From: Candidatus Saccharimonadota bacterium
GTDB taxonomy: Bacteria; Pseudomonadota; Gammaproteobacteria; Enterobacterales; Enterobacteriaceae
Direction: 5' to 3'
DNA length: 32,000 nucleotides
NCBI RefSeq assembly: GCF_012571795.1
Contig: NZ_CP046222.1
Location: 120,819 to 152,818 of the forward strand
The notes beneath the pieces are model-generated. The model ran no database searches. It was not told where the DNA came from and saw nothing but the letters and a program-made list of their open reading frames with translations. Made by a program: the position numbers and the translations under genes. How positions within the stretch are numbered: the first letter of the stretch is position 1; every line of letters begins with the position of its first letter. This document shows, one piece after another, positions 1-7,973 of the stretch.

Positions 1-1007
1 AAAGTTTGTCCAAAAATTTTAAATAAGCTTTCTGCTTTATGATGATCATTTTCACCATATGCTTTTAAGTATATATTAGCATTCATTGAATATGATAATG
101 AATAAAAAAAATGTTTAATCATTTCAGTACTTAAATCACCTACCTTTTGAAATTTAAAATTTACATAATAATGCAGATATGGTCTTCCAGATAAATCTAT
201 AGCACATTCAGCTAATGTATCATCCATAGGTAATATAAAACCAAATCTATTAATTCCTAATTTATTACCTAATGCATTAAATAATGCTTCTCCTAAAGAT
301 AAAGCAGTATCTTCAATAGTATGATGATCATCAATATTTAAATCACCTATCACATTAATATAAAAAATACATCCAGCATGAGTTGCAATTTGTTCAAGCA
401 TATGATTAAAAAAATTAATTCCAGTATTAATTTGACTCATACCATAATTATCTAAAAATACTTGTATTTTTATTGATGTTTCTCTTGTTTGTTTTTTTAT
501 TTTACTATATCTTTTTATTGTTGTTAATTTATGTAAAATATCTAACCAATTAAACTTATTACGATGATATTGTATACCATGTATTCCTATATTTTGTGCT
601 AATTCCATATCAGTAATTCTATCACCAATTACATAACTATTTTTTTTATCTAATTTATTATTAAGATATTCATGTAACATTATTATATTAGGCTTACGAC
701 ATATACAATTATCACTAATATAGTGTGGGCATATAAAAATATTATCAAAAATAATATTTTGTGATTTAAATACATTTAACATAAAATTTTGTGTTATATC
801 AAAATCATTCTGCGGGAATTTTTTTGTACCTAATCCATCTTGATTAGTTACCATTACTAAAATATATGATAATTTTTTTAATTGTGATAATACTAAAATA
901 ACATTTTTTTCAAAAGAAATTTTATTAATACTATCAATTTGAAAATTATTTTTAGGTTCATTAATCAATGTACCATCACGATCAATAAACAAAATTTTCT
1001 TTAACAT
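1..1007 (-). CDS. hisB: Bifunctional histidinol-phosphatase / imidazoleglycerol-phosphate dehydratase HisB. It is partial: the C-terminal ~19 codons run off the window start.
   Basis: This ORF is absent from the ORF track because it has no stop inside the window. The reverse complement from the ATG at 1007..1005 reads MLKKILFIDRDGTLINEPKNNFQIDSINKISFEKNVILVLSQLKKLSYILVMVTNQDGLGTKKFPQNDFD. That is colinear with the E. coli HisB N-terminal HAD domain (LFIDRDGTL, VMITNQDGLGT). At the window edge the same frame reads AYGENDHHKAESLFKIFGQT, matching KGKNDHHRVESLFKAFGRT near the E. coli HisB C-terminus. An AGGA Shine-Dalgarno lies in the 29-bp gap after hisC. The position follows the hisG-D-C-B operon order. 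Confidence 0.9.
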   Translation of the reverse strand, partial: MLKKILFIDRDGTLINEPKNNFQIDSINKISFEKNVILVLSQLKKLSYILVMVTNQDGLGTKKFPQNDFDITQNFMLNVFKSQNIIFDNIFICPHYISDNCICRKPNIIMLHEYLNNKLDKKNSYVIGDRITDMELAQNIGIHGIQYHRNKFNWLDILHKLTTIKRYSKIKKQTRETSIKIQVFLDNYGMSQINTGINFFNHMLEQIATHAGCIFYINVIGDLNIDDHHTIEDTALSLGEALFNALGNKLGINRFGFILPMDDTLAECAIDLSGRPYLHYYVNFKFQKVGDLSTEMIKHFFYSLSYSMNANIYLKAYGENDHHKAESLFKIFGQT

Positions 1008-1036
1008 ATTAAATTATCCTATCAAAATATTTTTTA

Positions 1037-3439
1037 TCATAAAGATAATTGATTTAAAATAAATATAAGCTTTTTACATTCATCAAATGAACCAATAGTA
1101 ATTCTTATACAATTTTTTAATTGTGGTTCATGATTTTGACTTCTTACAATAATATTTTTACTGTATAAATATTTAAAAATATATTCAGCATTAATAAATT
1201 CTACTAAAATGTAATTAGTTACACTAGGATAAATATATTTGACAAAACTGATTTTTTTTAAATGTTCTATTAACCAATATTTATTATTCATTAATATATC
1301 AATATTATTAAACATAATATTGATATTTTTTTTTTGTAAAGCTTGTATTGCTATATCAGATACTGGCTGTGGAACTGGATATGGTGCAATAACTTTGCGT
1401 AATAAATTAATAATATAAATATTTGCAATAACAAAACCACATCTAATACCTGCAAGAGCAAATGATTTGGATAATGTTCTTAAAATAACTAAATTATTAT
1501 ATTTTTTAATTAAAGAAACTAATGTGTTTTTTATACAAAAATCTATATATGCTTCATCAATAACTATAATTGTATTATTTTTTGTAATATTTAATAATTG
1601 TATTAAGTCTTCTTTTTGAAGTAAATTACCTATAGGATTATTTGGATTACATATATAACATATTTTTATGTTGAATAAATTTTCTTTTATTTTTTGTAGA
1701 TTTAATTGTTGATTTTGTAAATTATTAATTATACGGTATTTAATACCTAAAATTTGTGCACTAATTTTATACATACCATAAGTAGGTGGAAAAAACATAA
1801 TATAATCATCATGAGATGTACAAAATACTTTCATTAATAATTCTATACCTTCATCAGCACCTCGAGTAATTAAAATATTATTAATATTAATATTTATATA
1901 TTTGCTATAATTATTTAATAGTTCTATTGGTTGCGGTTCAGGATATCTATTAAATGTATTAATTTTTAAATTAAATATAGTATTATTAGGTAATTCATTA
2001 GCATTTAATAATATTTTATTATATGTATTATTATCTATAATTCTTGCAGATTGATATGGTTGCAAATGAATAATATCTTGTCTTGCTATATTTGATATAC
2101 ATATTTTTTGTATATTATTTTTTGAATTTAACAAATTATTATTTATAATATATTTTTTTCTAATAGAAACTGCATTTGTATGTCCTAATAAATTTTCCTT
2201 TTGTGACATAATTTCTACTGTATCAGCAATATTCATAAAAGCTTGTTTTGTTAACTTTTGTACATACATACGTTTTTGAAAATCCATAATACCTAAACAA
2301 GAATATGTATGTGCATAACCATATGTAGGTAATACATGATTTGTACCAGCAGCATAATCACCAATAGATTCTGGTGCCCAACGCCCTAAAAATATTGATC
2401 CAGCATTATTAATATAAGGTAGAATATCATGGTAATTTTTACATTGTATAATTAAGTGTTCTGGAGCATATTGATTAATAATTTCTATAAATTGTTGATT
2501 ATTTTTTACAACTATTATATGACTATTTAATAAAGATTTTTTTATAATATTTTTTTTTGTTAAACAATTTAATTGAATATGTATATTTTTTATAACTAAA
2601 TTAGCTATATGTATAGATGTAGTAAGTAATATTACTTGAGAATCAGCACCATGTTCGGCTTGTGATAATAAATCTGCTATAATAAATTCATAATCTGCAT
2701 ATTTATCTGCAATAATCATTAATTCTGATGGTCCTGCAGGCATATCTATAGTAGTATTTAAATTATCTAACAAATTAATTTGCCTTTTTGCTTCCGTAAC
2801 AAATATATTACCTGGACCAAAAATTTTATTAACTTTTTTAATTGTTTGTGTCCCATAAGCCATAGCCGCAATAGCTTGAGCTCCACCTATTTGAAAAATA
2901 TTAGTTATACCACATAAAGAAGCTGCAAACAAAATTTCATTTGATATAGGTGGAGGTGAACAAAGAATAATATTTTTACATAATGCTAATCTTGCAGGTA
3001 TACCTAACATTAATACAGTAGAAAATAATGAAGCAACACCTCCTGGTACATATAAACCAACAGAATTAATAGGTTTATAATGTTGTTGACAATATAATCC
3101 AGGAATAATTTCTATTTTTATATCTTTTAAAATTTGAGATTGATGAAATTTTTTAATATTTAAAAAAGCTATTTTAATGGCATTTTTAACATTTTTATTT
3201 ATAAATTTATGGGCATTATCAATTTGTATTTTATCAATTTGTATTTTATCAATTTGTATTTTATCAAATAATAAAGTATAATCTTTTAAAGCACAATCAC
3301 CATTGTTTTTAATTTTATATAAAATATCTTGAACATTTTTTTGTAATTGGTTATTTAATAAATATATTGGTCTAGATAAAATTTTTTTTTTATCTATTTT
3401 ATGACATTGATCCCAATAAATAATACGTTGTAATAACAT
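1037..3439 (-). CDS. hisDC: Single 800-aa ORF fusing histidinol dehydrogenase (HisD, aa ~1-435) to histidinol-phosphate aminotransferase (HisC, aa ~443-800).
   Basis: The N-terminal half is colinear with E. coli HisD (434 aa), with motifs SVGLYVPGG, LCSPPP, KIFGPGN.FVTEAKRQ, DMPAGPSE, LLSQAEHG, GTNHVLPTYGYA and DFQKRM. The C-terminal half is colinear with E. coli HisC (356 aa), with motifs LQPYQSAR, LNANE.P, NRYPEPQP, RGADEGIELL, PPTYGMY, NPNNP.G, DEAYI.F, the PLP lysine in LRTLSKSFALAGIRCGF, and IAPYP. There is no stop and no ATG between the halves. A GGAG Shine-Dalgarno sits inside the hisG 3' end, upstream of the ATG at 3439. Confidence 0.9.
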   Translation of the reverse strand: MLLQRIIYWDQCHKIDKKKILSRPIYLLNNQLQKNVQDILYKIKNNGDCALKDYTLLFDKIQIDKIQIDKIQIDNAHKFINKNVKNAIKIAFLNIKKFHQSQILKDIKIEIIPGLYCQQHYKPINSVGLYVPGGVASLFSTVLMLGIPARLALCKNIILCSPPPISNEILFAASLCGITNIFQIGGAQAIAAMAYGTQTIKKVNKIFGPGNIFVTEAKRQINLLDNLNTTIDMPAGPSELMIIADKYADYEFIIADLLSQAEHGADSQVILLTTSIHIANLVIKNIHIQLNCLTKKNIIKKSLLNSHIIVVKNNQQFIEIINQYAPEHLIIQCKNYHDILPYINNAGSIFLGRWAPESIGDYAAGTNHVLPTYGYAHTYSCLGIMDFQKRMYVQKLTKQAFMNIADTVEIMSQKENLLGHTNAVSIRKKYIINNNLLNSKNNIQKICISNIARQDIIHLQPYQSARIIDNNTYNKILLNANELPNNTIFNLKINTFNRYPEPQPIELLNNYSKYINININNILITRGADEGIELLMKVFCTSHDDYIMFFPPTYGMYKISAQILGIKYRIINNLQNQQLNLQKIKENLFNIKICYICNPNNPIGNLLQKEDLIQLLNITKNNTIIVIDEAYIDFCIKNTLVSLIKKYNNLVILRTLSKSFALAGIRCGFVIANIYIINLLRKVIAPYPVPQPVSDIAIQALQKKNINIMFNNIDILMNNKYWLIEHLKKISFVKYIYPSVTNYILVEFINAEYIFKYLYSKNIIVRSQNHEPQLKNCIRITIGSFDECKKLIFILNQLSL
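3216..3267. repeat. Perfect 15-bp tandem repeat (TTATCAATTTGTATT, 3 full copies plus 7 nt) inside hisD. It is in frame and encodes (DKIQI)x3.
   Basis: Read directly from the sequence: units at 3216-3230, 3231-3245 and 3246-3260 are identical, and 3261-3267 repeats the first 7 nt. The protein reads FDKIQIDKIQIDKIQIDNAHK. Confidence 0.95.
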
Positions 3440-3444
3440 ATAAT

Positions 3445-4338
3445 TTACTCCATTAATTTTTCAATAGGTAAAACTAAAATAGAACTTGCACCTAATATTT
3501 TTAATTTTTCTATAGTATCCCAAAATAATGTTTCACTACTAACCATATGCATTACTAATTTTGTATTATCTCCATATAAAGGTAAAATAGTAGGATATTC
3601 CGCGCCTGGCAATAAATCTATTACACTACTTAATTTTTTACGTGGTATATGTAACATAATATATTTAGATTCTCTAGCTTTAATTACACCTTGTATTCTT
3701 GTTAATAATTTATTGATTAATTTCTTTTTAATTGTTGATATCCCATCACGTTGTATTAAACATGCTCTAGAACTATATATTGTTTCTACTTCTTTCATTC
3801 CATTTTCTTTTAATGTAGCACCAGTTGAAACTAAATCACAAATAGCATCTGCTAATCCAACTCTAGGTGCTAATTCAACAGAACCATTTAATATACAAGA
3901 TTTAAATTGTATATTATGTTTATCTAAATATTGTTTTAATAAATTAGGATAAGATGTTGCAATACGATAATTTTGTAAAGTTTGAGGACCATGATATTCT
4001 TGATATATAGGTATAGCTATAGATAATCTACATATACCAAAATCTAATCTTAATAAGGTTATATATTTAGCATAATGATTTCTAGATAAACGGGTTAATA
4101 CTGCTTCTTGTAAAACATTTTCTCCTATAATACCTAAATCTACTACTCCTTCCATAATTAATTCTGGAATATCATCATCACGCACCATAAATATATCAAT
4201 AGGCATATTTAAAGCAAAGGCAATTAATTGCTGTTGTAAATTAATTTTAATACCACATTTTTTTAATAATTCATATGAATCTTTATTTAAACGTCCTGAT
4301 TTTTGCATAGCAATACGCAAACGATTGTTATCTAACAT
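3445..4338 (-). CDS. hisG: ATP phosphoribosyltransferase, long form (HisG), 297 aa.
   Basis: Near-colinear with E. coli HisG (299 aa). [17 protein letters not shown]...[32 protein letters not shown] aligns with [17 protein letters not shown]...[32 protein letters not shown]. The C-terminus [31 protein letters not shown] is also conserved. An AAGGA Shine-Dalgarno lies 8 nt upstream. Confidence 0.95.
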   Translation of the reverse strand: MLDNNRLRIAMQKSGRLNKDSYELLKKCGIKINLQQQLIAFALNMPIDIFMVRDDDIPELIMEGVVDLGIIGENVLQEAVLTRLSRNHYAKYITLLRLDFGICRLSIAIPIYQEYHGPQTLQNYRIATSYPNLLKQYLDKHNIQFKSCILNGSVELAPRVGLADAICDLVSTGATLKENGMKEVETIYSSRACLIQRDGISTIKKKLINKLLTRIQGVIKARESKYIMLHIPRKKLSSVIDLLPGAEYPTILPLYGDNTKLVMHMVSSETLFWDTIEKLKILGASSILVLPIEKLME

Positions 4339-4493
4339 AACAAATTATCCTTATTTATAAAAAAGAATTTTTTATTAACATATTTATTCATTTTAAATAA
4401 TTAATTATATTATTTATAACATAAATTTTTTTTAATTTTAAATAACTTATTTTAATAATTATTATTTTTATATAAAAATATATAAATTTAACA

Positions 4494-4955
4494 TTAATTG
4501 TTATAACCAATATCATAATATTTAGGATGTTCAGCTGCATAACGTGCTAATTTATCACATTTCTCATTGTATAAATGACCATTATGTCCTTTAATCCAAA
4601 ACCAGTTAATATTATGATATACCAATATTTTATTTAATCTTTTCCACAAATCAATATTTTTTACTGGTTTTTTATTACTGCATAACCATTTTGAATGTTG
4701 CCAATTTATAATCCATTTAGTAATACCATTTTTTAGATATTTACTATCAGTTGATATAGAAATATTACAACTTTCTTTAACAGATTCTAAAGCAATAATT
4801 GCTGCCATTAATTCCATTCTGTTATTAGTTGTATAAAAAAAACCTTGAGAAAAAATTTTTTCATATTGATAATATTGTAAAATAGCAGCATATCCACCAG
4901 GACCTGGATTTGAAATACATGATCCATCAGTAAAAATATTTATATCTTTATACAT
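4494..4955 (-). CDS. rnhA: Ribonuclease HI, 153 aa.
   Basis: Colinear with E. coli RnhA (155 aa): IFTDGSC.GNPGPGGY, TTNNRMELMAAI.ALE, STDS.Y...GIT.WI.NW, KKPVKN.DLW.RL, W.KGH.GH..NE.CD.LAR. The catalytic D/E/D/D positions are present. It is divergent from dnaQ, as in E. coli. Confidence 0.95.
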   Translation of the reverse strand: MYKDINIFTDGSCISNPGPGGYAAILQYYQYEKIFSQGFFYTTNNRMELMAAIIALESVKESCNISISTDSKYLKNGITKWIINWQHSKWLCSNKKPVKNIDLWKRLNKILVYHNINWFWIKGHNGHLYNEKCDKLARYAAEHPKYYDIGYNN

Positions 4956-5004
4956 AATATTTTATATACCTTAACCTTAACATATTATTTAGGAAATAAT
5001 AAAT

Positions 5005-5727
5005 ATGAATAATATTATACGTCAAATAGTTTTAGATACGGAAACAACAGGTATGAATATTCATCCTCCTTATTATATAGGACATAAAATTATAGAAATA
5101 GGTATAGTAGAAATTATTAATCGTCAAATAACCGGGAAATTTTTTCATACATATCTTAATCCAATGCAATCTATTAGTTTTGATGCTTATAACATTCATG
5201 GTATATCTAATGAGTTTTTATTAGATAAACCTGTATTTTGTAATATTATTACAAATTTTATAAACTATATAAAAGGATCACAATTAATTATACATAATGC
5301 ACAATTTGATATAGATTTTTTAAATTATGAAATTTCTCTAATAAACAATGATTTGCCTAAAATACAAGATATATGTTCTATAATTGATACTTTAAAAATT
5401 GCTAGAGAATTATTTCCAGGAAAACGTAATTCATTAAATTCATTATGTTCTAGATTTAATGTTGATAAACAACAACGTACTACACATGGGGCATTATTAG
5501 ATGCTAAATTATTAGCTAATGTTTTTTTAGCTATGACTAGTAGTCAAAATACATTTAAGCTAGATGATTTTCAACATATTAATTTAAATCAACAAAAATA
5601 TATAAAAAATAAAATGATAAAACATCAAAAATTATTAATTATTAAACCTTCTACTGAAGAAAACAAATTACATATAAAACAAATTAATATGATTAAAAAT
5701 AAATGTGGTTTTTGTTTGTGGAATTAA
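5005..5727 (+). CDS. dnaQ: DNA polymerase III epsilon subunit (3'-5' proofreading exonuclease), 240 aa.
   Basis: Colinear with E. coli DnaQ (243 aa): RQIVLDTETTGMN (Exo I), IIHNAQFDIDFL (Exo II), FPGKRNSL..LC.R, HGALLDAKLLANVFLAMT (Exo III), and C-terminal G.CLW. An AGGAAA Shine-Dalgarno lies upstream. The rnhA / dnaQ / tRNA-Asp arrangement matches E. coli (rnhA-dnaQ-aspV). Confidence 0.95.
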   Translation: MNNIIRQIVLDTETTGMNIHPPYYIGHKIIEIGIVEIINRQITGKFFHTYLNPMQSISFDAYNIHGISNEFLLDKPVFCNIITNFINYIKGSQLIIHNAQFDIDFLNYEISLINNDLPKIQDICSIIDTLKIARELFPGKRNSLNSLCSRFNVDKQQRTTHGALLDAKLLANVFLAMTSSQNTFKLDDFQHINLNQQKYIKNKMIKHQKLLIIKPSTEENKLHIKQINMIKNKCGFCLWN

Positions 5728-5746
5728 ATTAATATATAAAAAAGTA

Positions 5747-5775
5747 TTGACGAATTATATTATGATATATATCAT
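5747..5775 (+). promoter_or_regulatory. Candidate sigma70-type promoter for tRNA-Asp (TTGACG, 17-bp spacer, TATCAT).
   Basis: TTGACG at 5747-5752 is conspicuous because G and C are rare here. With a 17-bp spacer the hexamer at 5770-5775 is TATCAT. The implied start lies a few nt upstream of the mature tRNA 5' end at 5787. -10-like hexamers occur by chance everywhere in this composition, so this is weak. Confidence 0.3.
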
Positions 5776-5784
5776 AATATAATT
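5753..5784. repeat. Perfect 32-bp palindrome AATTATATTATGATAT|ATATCATAATATAATT between the dnaQ stop and tRNA-Asp.
   Basis: Checked base by base: positions 5753+i and 5784-i are complementary for all 16 pairs, including G5764/C5773. It ends 2 nt before the tRNA and spans the spacer and -10 of the candidate promoter. Confidence 0.9.
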
Positions 5785-5786
5785 AT

Positions 5787-5860
5787 GGTGCGATAGTTCA
5801 GTTGGTTAGAATACCGGCCTGTCACGCCGGGGGTCGCGGGTTCAAGCCCCGTTCGCACCG
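5787..5860 (+). tRNA. aspV: tRNA-Asp (anticodon GUC), 74 nt, with no genomically encoded 3' CCA.
   Basis: GGTGCGATAGTTCAGTTGGTTAGAATACCGGCCTGTCACGCCGGGGGTCGCGGGTTCAAGCCCCGTTCGCACCG. The acceptor stem GGTGCGA pairs with TCGCACC. The anticodon arm is CCGGC-CTGTCAC-GCCGG with GTC, the T arm is GCGGG-TTCAAGC-CCCGT, and the discriminator is G. It is very close to E. coli tRNA-Asp. TAA follows, not CCA. This is the only GC-rich island in the neighbourhood. Confidence 0.95.
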
Positions 5861-5893
5861 TAAAAAGATATATTTTATAATTATTAAAAATAG

Positions 5894-6727
5894 TCAATCA
5901 TTATTAATCCATAAAATACAAGAAGGTTTATATTTTTCTATATTTTCTTTAATACGATGAATTAAATTTGAACATATTTCTTTTTTATATATAAAATCAT
6001 TCATCCAAAAAAATATAGTAAAATTTATAGAATTATGAGTAATTTCATTAAGTACAGTATGTACTGTAGAATTTTTGATAATTGTATTACTCATAGATAC
6101 TGTATCTAATAATATTTTTTGTACAGTATATATATCATTTTCAATAATCATTCTAGATAAACCTAAAGTAATTTTATTACGATATTCATGAGATTTAGAT
6201 AGATTAATAATATTTTCTGATAAAATTTTACTATTAGGTATAGATACAATATTACCGTCTATAGTTTTTAAAAAAGTACAAAAAATTTCTACAGTAATAA
6301 TTTTTCCAGTAATATTATTTAAATTTATATAATCTCCAATTTGAAATAATCTTAAAGTAATAATTAATAATCCTGATGCAAGATTTGATAAAGCATTTTG
6401 CCAAGCTAATCCAATAACCAATCCTATTGTACCAAATGCAGCTACAATAGATGAAGTTTTAAATCCCATACTGCTTAAAGCACTAACAATAATAAAAATA
6501 AATGAACCATATTTTAATATATTGGAAAAAAAACCTATAGTAATAGGATCTACATTTCTATTTTTAAAAATATTTTGTATTGTTTTAATAAAAATTCTAG
6601 AAATTCTAAAACCTATAAATACAATAATACCAGCTAATATTAAATGCCAACATTGATATAAAATTACTAACTTATTTTGTAATATCCAAATTTTAATAAT
6701 TTCTAAAATATTCATAAATGTATTCAT
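5894..6727 (-). CDS. mscS: Small-conductance mechanosensitive channel MscS, 277 aa.
   Basis: Three N-terminal hydrophobic helices are followed by NLASGLLIITLRLFQIGDYINL...G.I..V.IF.T.LKT.DGN.V.IPNSKI....IIN.S, colinear with E. coli MscS ([22 protein letters not shown]...[28 protein letters not shown]). The position next to fbaA-pgk matches E. coli. Confidence 0.85.
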   Translation of the reverse strand: MNTFMNILEIIKIWILQNKLVILYQCWHLILAGIIVFIGFRISRIFIKTIQNIFKNRNVDPITIGFFSNILKYGSFIFIIVSALSSMGFKTSSIVAAFGTIGLVIGLAWQNALSNLASGLLIITLRLFQIGDYINLNNITGKIITVEIFCTFLKTIDGNIVSIPNSKILSENIINLSKSHEYRNKITLGLSRMIIENDIYTVQKILLDTVSMSNTIIKNSTVHTVLNEITHNSINFTIFFWMNDFIYKKEICSNLIHRIKENIEKYKPSCILWINND

Positions 6728-6803
6728 AAATTATTTAACCATTTTAAAAAAATTTTTACTTATTAAGTAATTAATATATTTATATGATTATTATGTTATG
6801 TAT

Positions 6804-7883
6804 TTATAATATGTTAACTGCATTTAAATCTCTAAAGGTTTGTTCTAGACGTTTTTTCATAGAAATTTGTGATTCTCTAATCCAAATTCTTGGGTCATAA
6901 TATTTTTTATTAGGTTGATTATAACCTTTAGGATTACCTAATTGATTTTGCAAATATTCTCTATATTTTTTATAAAATTTTAATACACCATTCCAAGTAG
7001 CCCATTGAGTATCTGTATCAATATTCATTTTAATAACACCATAATTAATTGATTGTTTAATTTCTTCTATAGATGAACCTGAACCTCCATGAAATACAAA
7101 ATTAATAGGATTAGGTATTAATTTATGTTTTTTACTAATATATTCTTGAGATTGTTTAAGAATTTTAGGTAATAGTTGTACATTACCTAATTGATATACT
7201 CCATGAACATTACCAAAAGATGCTGCAATAGTAAATTGTGGACTAATAGAACTTAATTTTTCATATGCATAATTAACATCATATGGATCTGTATATAATA
7301 AATTTTTTGATAAATTACTATTATCAATGCCATCTTCTTCACCACCAGTACATCCTAATTCTATTTCTAATGTCATATTCATAGATGACATTTTATGTAA
7401 ATATTGACTACATATATTAATATTATCTTCAATAGATTCTTTTGATAGATCTATCATATGAGAAGAAAATAAGGTATAACCATATAAATTATAATGTTTT
7501 TTATTTGCATTTAATAACCCATCTAACCAGAATAGTGTTTTTTTAGTACAATGATCAGTATGTAAAATTACAGGAATTTTATAATATTTAGCAAGTTGAT
7601 GAACATGATTTGCACCTGATATAGCACCTATAATAGGAGCTAAATGAGCATTTTCGTTTGTTAATCCTTTCCCTGCAATAAAAGACGCACCACCGTAAGA
7701 AAATTGTATAATAACAGGAGATTGCATTTTTGATGCTGTTTCTAATACTGTATTAATAGAATCTGTACCTATACAATTAATAGCTGGTAAAGCAAATTTT
7801 TTTTCTTTTGCTATATTAAATATAGTTTGTACATCATGACTTACAATAACACCAGGTTTTACATAATTTAAAATTTTAGACAT
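6804..7883 (-). CDS. fbaA: Fructose-bisphosphate aldolase, class II, 359 aa.
   Basis: Same length as E. coli FbaA and colinear throughout: MSKI..(F/Y)VKPGVI, FALPA.NC.GTDSIN.VLETA, PVILHTDHC, LFSSHMIDLS.ES, MTLEIELGCTGGEEDG.DNS, FTIAASFGNVHGVY, NFVFHGGSGS, MNIDTDTQWATW, GNPKG..QPNKKYYDPR.W. Confidence 0.95.
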   Translation of the reverse strand: MSKILNYVKPGVIVSHDVQTIFNIAKEKKFALPAINCIGTDSINTVLETASKMQSPVIIQFSYGGASFIAGKGLTNENAHLAPIIGAISGANHVHQLAKYYKIPVILHTDHCTKKTLFWLDGLLNANKKHYNLYGYTLFSSHMIDLSKESIEDNINICSQYLHKMSSMNMTLEIELGCTGGEEDGIDNSNLSKNLLYTDPYDVNYAYEKLSSISPQFTIAASFGNVHGVYQLGNVQLLPKILKQSQEYISKKHKLIPNPINFVFHGGSGSSIEEIKQSINYGVIKMNIDTDTQWATWNGVLKFYKKYREYLQNQLGNPKGYNQPNKKYYDPRIWIRESQISMKKRLEQTFRDLNAVNIL

Positions 7884-7973
7884 AATGTATAAAATTACCT
7901 TATTAATAAATTTAATTTATACTAGTAATATATAAAATATATTACCTAATACAATAAAATTATGATTTAGTTT

